Shown one piece after another: positions 57,556 through 64,000 of a DNA stretch of 64,000 nt. Source of the DNA: a virus (Duplodnaviria > Caudoviricetes). The stretch lies in the IMG/VR virus record IMGVR_UViG_2693430034_000001, positions 32,001-96,000 of that record, one strand, 5' to 3'. The notes under the pieces were generated by a model, which searched no databases, was not told where the DNA came from, and was given only the letters and a program-made list of their open reading frames with translations. The number at the start of each line of letters is the position of its first letter. The first letter of the stretch is position 1. Both the position numbers and the translations under genes were made by a program.

Positions 57556-57918
57556 ATGCCTAAGACACTGACCAAGCTGCAGGAGCAGATCATTGCCAAG
57601 GTGCTGACGATCGGCGCCGTCAATTACGTCTGGGTCAATGGCGGAGAGGTCCACACCGTCAATAAGCTGCGTGAACGCGGCCTGCTCCGTGGCGACTGCT
57701 ACGGAAGCGTCCAGCCCCGGCACTTAACGGAGGAGGTCAAGTCCGTCTTCTTCGCCGACAATCCTGCGACCTTCAGGATCTCGAACTTCCATGGCGAAGG
57801 ATGGCTTATCTTCCACGACCGCAGGTACATCTGCAAGGTCTACAAGGATGATGACGCCAAGCTCGTCATCGAGGCCCTGAAAACACTCCAACCGGTGGAA
57901 CAGCGGGAGGCAGCCTAA
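57556..57918 (+). CDS. Hypothetical protein
   Basis: ORF in the operon. Confidence 0.55.
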   Translation: MPKTLTKLQEQIIAKVLTIGAVNYVWVNGGEVHTVNKLRERGLLRGDCYGSVQPRHLTEEVKSVFFADNPATFRISNFHGEGWLIFHDRRYICKVYKDDDAKLVIEALKTLQPVEQREAA

Positions 57919-57997
57919 TTTGCATTTTTTGCAAAGAACGCTTGCTTGAATGCAAATGTCTGCTATCCATGATCTGCAACCGATCGAGAGAACCCCC

Positions 57998-59575
57998 ATG
58001 AACGCAATTCAATGGTCGCCGCAGCAGTCGGCCTTCATCAACGAGGCCAGGAACGGCACCAGCTCCATCGTACTGATCGCCGTGGCCGGCGCCGGCAAGA
58101 CCACGACAATCCTGGAGGCGGCCGACCAGCTGCGCGGCAACGCCATCATCCTGGCCTACAACAAGAAAATTGCCGACGAGATCAAGGCCAAGCTGAAGAA
58201 GCGCGGCGTAGACTGGAAGCGCTGCGAGGCGTCGACCACCCACTCGATCGGCCTGCGGAACTACAAGCGCACTGTTCCCGGCGTAATCGTCAAGGGCGAC
58301 AAGGTCGGCGCGATTTGCGCCTCCTGGGTCGAGGAAGACGAGATCGATATCACCCTGGTGCCGCACACCTCGGTGATCTGCCACCTGGTTTCGCTGGCCA
58401 AGGCCAACGCTGTCGGCGTTCCCGGACAGGGCCACATCGACGATACCTCGATCTGGGAAGACATCGTCGACCACTTCGATCTGTTCGACGAAGAGCCGCT
58501 GCAGAAGAAGGCCGACAAGATCATCGAGGTCGCCATCTCGCTACTCAAGGCGTCCAACGATATGCGCCAGGTCGTCGACTTCGACGACATGATCTACCTG
58601 CCCCTACTCTTCCAGATCAACTTCTTCCAGTTCGACAATGTCGTGATGGACGAGGCGCAGGACGCCAACGTAAGCCGCAAGCTTCTGGCGGATGCCCTGC
58701 TGAAGGATAACGGCCGGTTCTTCGGCGTCGGTGATCCCCGACAGGCAATCTATGGCTTCACGGGAGCCGACAACGAGAGCATGGAAAACCTGAAGGAGCA
58801 TTTCGACTGCAAGGAAATGCCTCTGACGGTCACGTATCGGTGCCCGAAGAGCATCGTCCGGTTCGCACAGACCTGGGTCAATCACATCCAGGCTCACGAG
58901 TCGGCGCCGCAGGGCACCGTCACTGCCATGACCTTCGAGGACTTCATGCTGAAGCGCGAGCTTCATTATGGAGACTCGGCGATCCTCTGCCGCAACACCC
59001 GTCCGCTGGTGACCGCGGCGTTCGCCCTGATCCGCCAGAACATTCCTTGCCGGATCGAGGGGCGAAACATCGGCGAGGCCTTGATCAAGCTGGCAACCCG
59101 GTGGCGGTCGATCACCACGATCCCCGAGCTGGAAGACAAGCTCGAAGAATGGCTCGACGCTGAGAGTGTGAAGTGGATCGCCAAGAAGAAGATGGCGAAG
59201 GTCCAGGAAGCCGAGGACAAGGTCGAGACGCTCAAGGTGGTGATGGAAGCCTGTCAGGAGCGCAAGCAGCACCTGATCACGGACGTGGTGAACTACATCA
59301 ACTCCATCTTCGCCGACAACGTGACCGGGATCCTGACCCTATCGACGATCCATAAATCGAAGGGCCGGGAATGGAAGTACGTGTTCTGGCTCGACCGGTT
59401 CGCCACCTGCCCCTCCAAGTATGCTTCGCAGCCCTGGGAGATCATTCAGGAGCAGAACCTCTGCTACGTCGCCGCGACCCGGTCGATGGACACTCTCGTG
59501 GATCTAAACCCGCCGATGCCGAAGCAGAAGGCGGTCAATGACAACGTGCTGCAACCGAAGGAGCAGGTAGCCTGA
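57998..59575 (+). CDS. UvrD/Rep-family SF1 helicase
   Basis: AGAGKTT, DEAQD, GDPRQAIYGF, TYRCP, STIHKSKGRE, YVAATR. Confidence 0.92.
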   Translation: MNAIQWSPQQSAFINEARNGTSSIVLIAVAGAGKTTTILEAADQLRGNAIILAYNKKIADEIKAKLKKRGVDWKRCEASTTHSIGLRNYKRTVPGVIVKGDKVGAICASWVEEDEIDITLVPHTSVICHLVSLAKANAVGVPGQGHIDDTSIWEDIVDHFDLFDEEPLQKKADKIIEVAISLLKASNDMRQVVDFDDMIYLPLLFQINFFQFDNVVMDEAQDANVSRKLLADALLKDNGRFFGVGDPRQAIYGFTGADNESMENLKEHFDCKEMPLTVTYRCPKSIVRFAQTWVNHIQAHESAPQGTVTAMTFEDFMLKRELHYGDSAILCRNTRPLVTAAFALIRQNIPCRIEGRNIGEALIKLATRWRSITTIPELEDKLEEWLDAESVKWIAKKKMAKVQEAEDKVETLKVVMEACQERKQHLITDVVNYINSIFADNVTGILTLSTIHKSKGREWKYVFWLDRFATCPSKYASQPWEIIQEQNLCYVAATRSMDTLVDLNPPMPKQKAVNDNVLQPKEQVA

Positions 59576-59750
59576 TGGCACAGACAGTTATCGAGATCGA
59601 CATCGAAGGCGGGATGGTTCAGGGGTTCAAAGCCCCGCCGGGGGTAACCATCAAGGTCAACGACTACGATGTCGAGGGGATCGAGGCGAACATCAAGACC
59701 GACGAGAATGGTCATGATTTCGTCGAGCAGATCCTCGAAGGCAACGGCGA

Positions 59751-60128
59751 GTGGCAGGAGTAATCCTCCACTATCCGTTCGGTCCCCCGCCGCCCGACAC
59801 CGACGTCCTCTTCCGCTGCGAGGCCAAGCGCTATTCAGTCGTCATCGATGCCGATGCTGACCGGTATGGCGTCACTGACCCGCAGCTGGAGATGACGTGG
59901 TGGCGGGTCCACAAACGGACACCGAAGGGAGCATGGGTTTGCGACAGGTTCGTCCTGTTGACCGCCACCAAACGGTGGGCCTGTGAAACCGAGGAAGAGG
60001 CACTCGCCTCCTTCATCGCCCGCAAGCAGAAGCACATCAGCATCCTTTCCCGCAATCTGAGCCGTGCCCAGGCCGACCTGGCCCTGGCTTACCGGACACA
60101 TCCTCGTGCTGCACTGGTGTTTGCATGA
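59751..60128 (+). CDS. Hypothetical protein
   Basis: VHKRTPKGAWV...EALASFIARK. Confidence 0.6.
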   Translation: MAGVILHYPFGPPPPDTDVLFRCEAKRYSVVIDADADRYGVTDPQLEMTWWRVHKRTPKGAWVCDRFVLLTATKRWACETEEEALASFIARKQKHISILSRNLSRAQADLALAYRTHPRAALVFA

Positions 60129-60148
60129 ATACAAACAAGGAAAGACCC

Positions 60149-60907
60149 ATGAACGGTTTTATTCTGTACCGTGGCCCGTCGCTGATCGACGGTGAGCCTA
60201 TCGTCGTCATCGCCACTGGTCTGGAAGACGGCGGCAGCAATTCGAAGACTGGACCGATGGTCCAGATCTACATCATACGCGCCGACCAGAACCCTCTACT
60301 CGCCGCCCAGACCGGCGATGACGTCTCAGTCTGCGGTAGCTGCATCCACCGCGGCCGGATCGTCACGGATCCCAAGACGGGTCTGCGCAAGAATGTGGAG
60401 CGGTCCTGCTACGTTACCCTAATGCATGGCCCGCGCGTCATCTGGGATGGCTTCCAGCGCGGCATCTATCCCGAGGTCACGCCGGCCAAGGCTCGCAAGC
60501 TCCTGGCCCGCAAGCGCGTCCGTATCGGCGCCTACGGCGATCCTGGTGCCGCTCCAGTCAGCATGTGGCGGGTCGCCCTCGCCCAGGTCGATGAGCTGAC
60601 AGGCTACTCGCATCTCTGGCGCCAGTTCCCCAAGTTGGCGGACTTCTGCATGGCCTCTTGCGACAGCGAGACTGATCGCATCATGGCCAAGGCTCTGGGG
60701 TTCCGCACCTACCGCGTCCGCCCGAAGGGCGAGCCCAAGATGGACGGCGAAGGTCACTGCCCCGCAGCGGCCGAGATGGGCAAGTCCGTACAGTGCGCCT
60801 ACTGCCTGCTTTGCGGCGGCCAACGGTCAAAAGCCAAAGCTGACATCACCATCGAGGCTCACGGAACAGGCTCGAAACACTTCGAACGGGCCAAGGAGGT
60901 CGCATGA
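60149..60907 (+). CDS. Cys-rich conserved phage protein (possible Fe-S)
   Basis: ILYRGPSLIDG...NSKTGPM...CGSC...RIGAYGDP...CPA...CAYCLLC. Confidence 0.7.
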   Translation: MNGFILYRGPSLIDGEPIVVIATGLEDGGSNSKTGPMVQIYIIRADQNPLLAAQTGDDVSVCGSCIHRGRIVTDPKTGLRKNVERSCYVTLMHGPRVIWDGFQRGIYPEVTPAKARKLLARKRVRIGAYGDPGAAPVSMWRVALAQVDELTGYSHLWRQFPKLADFCMASCDSETDRIMAKALGFRTYRVRPKGEPKMDGEGHCPAAAEMGKSVQCAYCLLCGGQRSKAKADITIEAHGTGSKHFERAKEVA

Positions 60908-61262
60908 CCTGGAATCACACATCGCTGATCGAGGACGAGTTCGACGACGTCGAGAGCGTCAGCGAGATCATTCAGACCAATCGGGGCGAACGACGAGCAC
61001 CTTCCCGCTATCGCGGGGAGTATCGCCGCTCCGATCGGCACAACGAAGACGGCTACGGCGAAATGGACTTCAGCTGATGCCGAAATTCCACGTCTACGGC
61101 GCCCGTCTCCGGCACGAAATACCTTGGCGTGTTCGACGCCAAGGACAGAGACGCAGCCATCGCGATGGCCGAACCCGGAGCGCAGATCTGCCTCTGCCAT
61201 CAGTGCAGCAGCGAGGTGGAAAGCGCCGAGATCAACGAAATCACAGCTGAGGAGATCAAGTA

Positions 61263-61655
61263 ATGACCGAGACAACGACTACCACCGATACGATCCCGCT
61301 TTCGATCAATGGGCTGACCTGGCGCAAGATAACCGACCAGATCGTGGCCGGCGTCGAAGGCGGCATCAGCTACTGGGCATCGTCCTTCAAGCCCGAAGGC
61401 GAGATCAGCACCGACGTGTCGCCCTGGTACGACGACGAGAAATTCTGGGCGGCTGGCGGCTGGAAGATCCTCATCAAAGTCCACGATGAGCGCAAGCCCA
61501 AGGAAATGACGCCAGAGTCCATGAGGAATGGACTGCAGTACCTGGCCGACAATCACCTCTGGCGCATCGAGCAGATGATCAAGGAAAACGGCGACGCTGA
61601 GACCGGCGACGTGTTCATCCAGTCCTGCTTGTTTGGGGATATCGTCTATGGATAG
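61263..61655 (+). CDS. Hypothetical protein
   Basis: EGGISYWA...DAETGDVFIQSCLFGDIVYG. Confidence 0.7.
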   Translation: MTETTTTTDTIPLSINGLTWRKITDQIVAGVEGGISYWASSFKPEGEISTDVSPWYDDEKFWAAGGWKILIKVHDERKPKEMTPESMRNGLQYLADNHLWRIEQMIKENGDAETGDVFIQSCLFGDIVYG

Positions 61656-62140
61656 GACGTTCGGCCACAGGGACGGCCTGCACGAAGCCGCCGGCTTCAA
61701 GCTCGGTCAGCGCGTCGAGATGCTGACCGAGACCAAGGGCGCCGACCACGACGACATCGAGCACACGCTCAAGCCGGGAGCAACCGGCCTGATCGAGTGC
61801 ATCGATCAGCTCCCTGCCCCTCAAGGCCTCACCTTCACCATCTGGATCCCCGTCGACGAGCTGCAAGGCCGTGGCATCGTCAACGTGTTTGACGAGGGCG
61901 ACGGACCCATCACCAACTTTCTCAAGGAGAAGACATGAAGTCGAAAGCATCACCTACGCTCTACGTCGTGTGGGCGCTATCGAAACCAGGTCCGCAGTGG
62001 CGAGCGGTCTGCGAACCCAGGCCACGAGCCGAGCTGATCCTGGTTGTTCGGGACCAATGGGTCAAGGGTCGCATGGCTGTGATCAGGCCGGCGCCGATCG
62101 CTGAGGCTGCATGATCAAGGACTCGTAAGCAGGAGGAAGA

Positions 62141-62518
62141 ATGACAACCAGTACGGCACAGCCTGTCCCCAAAGAACCGCCTCCGCCGCCGATCAATGCG
62201 AAGTTCGCCGATCGGCTTCCGCTGATCATGAATGAGATCTGTGATCAGCTGCTGGTGATCGAGCCAGCCATCACAAGACTGTCAGTGCAGCTCCGGGAAT
62301 TTCTCGACTTCCTGGACTTCGAGATCAAGAAGGCCGATCTCGAGATCAAGCGAATGAAATGGGAGGAGAAAGTCGATCTGACCACTGTCAGGCAGGCTGA
62401 GGCATGGCTTCAGAAGCTACGGCAGCTCAAGACCGACTTTAACGTCGACGTGATGACGTCCCCACCGGAAACCATCAGGGCGATGGTCGACAGGATCCAG
62501 AAGACCTTTGGGATATAA
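62141..62518 (+). CDS. Hypothetical coiled-coil protein
   Basis: AGGAGG SD. Confidence 0.65.
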   Translation: MTTSTAQPVPKEPPPPPINAKFADRLPLIMNEICDQLLVIEPAITRLSVQLREFLDFLDFEIKKADLEIKRMKWEEKVDLTTVRQAEAWLQKLRQLKTDFNVDVMTSPPETIRAMVDRIQKTFGI

Positions 62519-62519
62519 A

Positions 62520-62545
62520 GAAGGGCCGCCCGCGGGCGACCCTTC
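62520..62545. terminator. Hairpin between convergent genes
   Basis: GAAGGG-C-CGCC...GGCG-A-CCCTTC. Confidence 0.55.
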
Positions 62546-62546
62546 A

Positions 62547-63257
62547 CTATTCTCGAACCGTCACAAGGATAATGGCGATTTCTTTGATGTCGTCGAACTG
62601 CATGGTCTCGTCTTCTGTGACCGGCATCGACTTGGAGAGGCTGAGACCGCTCTCGTTGATGTCGACAAGCAGACGAACCTTGGTCTTTTCGTCCTTGCCG
62701 GTGAGCATGACGAGATCGCCCGGGACCGGATCACGCCGCTTGGTGGCGTACATCAGGGTGCCTGTCTTTAACCACTGACCGAACGAGTTATCCGGCATGT
62801 GGAACGCGAAAGCGGTATCGTCCCCCGCGAGCTGTGGCGGCGCCGGCACGTAGCCGTCTCGCCGCGGGCTGGCAGCCGACTGCAGAGCAGATGGCAGCGA
62901 CGATACGTGACGCAGCTCTACGGTTGGCGTAGTCCTGCGCGACGAACGTGACGAGGATTCGCCGGCTTCCGCATCGGCCGCAGCTTCCTTTGCATCATCG
63001 GCACCCAGAGCCGCCATCACCTTCTTCGGGATCGGATAGCCCGATCCGTTCGCGATTTTCTGAAGCGTGGTAATAGTCGGAACGAAGGGGTGATCGGGGT
63101 TGTTGAGGAGACGGAGGATTGTCGAAGGAGCCAGGCCACAATGGCGTGCCAGGTCGGTTCCATTCCACTTCTTCCGATCCAAGATGTGATCGATCCACTC
63201 GATCACTACTTGCTTTGGTGATTGCGCCTTGGCCATGTTTTGTACCGGTAAATTCAC
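62547..63257 (-). CDS. CI/LexA-like repressor (XRE HTH + S24-like domain)
   Basis: WNGTDLARHCGLAPSTILRLLN HTH; FAFHMPDNSF...GDLV C-domain. Confidence 0.8.
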   Translation of the reverse strand: MNLPVQNMAKAQSPKQVVIEWIDHILDRKKWNGTDLARHCGLAPSTILRLLNNPDHPFVPTITTLQKIANGSGYPIPKKVMAALGADDAKEAAADAEAGESSSRSSRRTTPTVELRHVSSLPSALQSAASPRRDGYVPAPPQLAGDDTAFAFHMPDNSFGQWLKTGTLMYATKRRDPVPGDLVMLTGKDEKTKVRLLVDINESGLSLSKSMPVTEDETMQFDDIKEIAIILVTVRE

Positions 63258-63524
63258 TTGCGAGCTTCCCTTAGAATGGTTCGCTTATCGATAGATTGCG
63301 TCTGGCCACGCATAGGTTGTGTGATGCCAAACGCTCAATTCGCTCTGGATGAAAAGTAAGTTCTGACTGACATTCGCATTTCATCCTTTCCATTTGTCGG
63401 GATGCTAATGCCCTGCCGTACGACAGGTTTCGCACGATTGCAAATGATTTTTTGTTCTTATTCTGTTCTGACTTCGAATTTATATCAAACAAAATCAGTG
63501 ACTTATATCTACCCGAGAATCGAT

Positions 63525-64000
63525 TCAGCAACTCAAGTTTCTTGAGGCGCCTTTCAACAATGCAAGTAATTGCTTAAATTCGGGTGTTCGAATGCCTGCA
63601 TGGACCACGGCGCAGGCGTCCGCGGCATGCTCATTGTCAGCGTGCAGATCGCCAGCCTGGCGGGTTCGCTTTCCCTTGCTGACCACGTCCTTGTGATATT
63701 TCTGCCAGGGAATAGACGGATAGAGGCCGGCAGCCCAGGAAATGATCTCCGGCTTTTCGGCGGTTTTGGTGCCGACACTGGCGAGTTTGGTCTCCACCGG
63801 CATGACCTCGATCAGGTTGACAGGTGACGAAGCAAGCACGCCGATCGCCACGCCGAAGCCCAGCGAGCTGCGCTGGTGCTGGGATCCTGAGGGGACTTCG
63901 ACGAAACCAAGGGTGCAGTCAGTCATCCAGGCCTGAAAGCCGTCGTGCAGCTCTCTCGCTCGGCGCAGATCGTCCGAGTTCTGCCGTACCGTCTTCCCCT
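63525..64000 (-). CDS. RuvC-like Holliday junction resolvase (5' end outside the window)
   Basis: KTVRQNSDDLRRA...FVEVPSGSQ...PVETK...EHAADA. Confidence 0.7.
   Translation of the reverse strand, partial: GKTVRQNSDDLRRARELHDGFQAWMTDCTLGFVEVPSGSQHQRSSLGFGVAIGVLASSPVNLIEVMPVETKLASVGTKTAEKPEIISWAAGLYPSIPWQKYHKDVVSKGKRTRQAGDLHADNEHAADACAVVHAGIRTPEFKQLLALLKGASRNLSC

Noticed and set aside
49515-57723. Long minus-strand ORFs (e.g. 50484-51806, 52033-54075, 56656-57723)
   Set aside because: Antisense shadows of the plus-strand peptidase, rIIA and neighbouring genes

Overview
This 64-kb window looks like part of a large contractile-tailed (myovirus-type) dsDNA phage of a high-GC alphaproteobacterium. 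Several cargo genes resemble Bradyrhizobium/Nitrobacteraceae genes, so that host is inferred. (i) 1-25.8 kb is a minus-strand late operon with baseplate (I/J/W/V-like) and Mu-like neck genes, major capsid, scaffold, portal, TerL, a ParA-like ATPase, TerS, thioredoxin, a holin-like gene, fibre genes, tRNA-Trp and many small ORFs. (ii) 25.9-33.3 kb is a mosaic accessory island containing a short ATP-dependent ligase plus two extra ligase 3' fragments, a pair of RxxxxH proteins, an iteron-like triple palindrome, and small genes each bounded by a GNA-hairpin repeat. (iii) 33.4-62.5 kb is a plus-strand early/middle region with tRNA-Glu, an HD hydrolase, a PRTase-like protein, an M20/M28 peptidase, rIIA, a short rIIB-like protein and a UvrD helicase. 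It is followed by a CI-like repressor and a partial RuvC-like gene on the minus strand. The least explained signals are non-coding. These are a ~480-nt multi-domain RNA candidate with long-range pairings directly upstream of tRNA-Trp (with an Arg/Lys-rich micro-ORF nearby), an ~860-nt hairpin-dense early leader, a duplicated covarying RNA element around a Met-Lys-stop minigene, six AGCGC-GNA-GCGCT repeats delimiting single genes, and a palindromic TTTGC-N6-GCAAA operator found more than 15 times, mostly at promoters. All family assignments come from motif recognition by eye; no database search was run.
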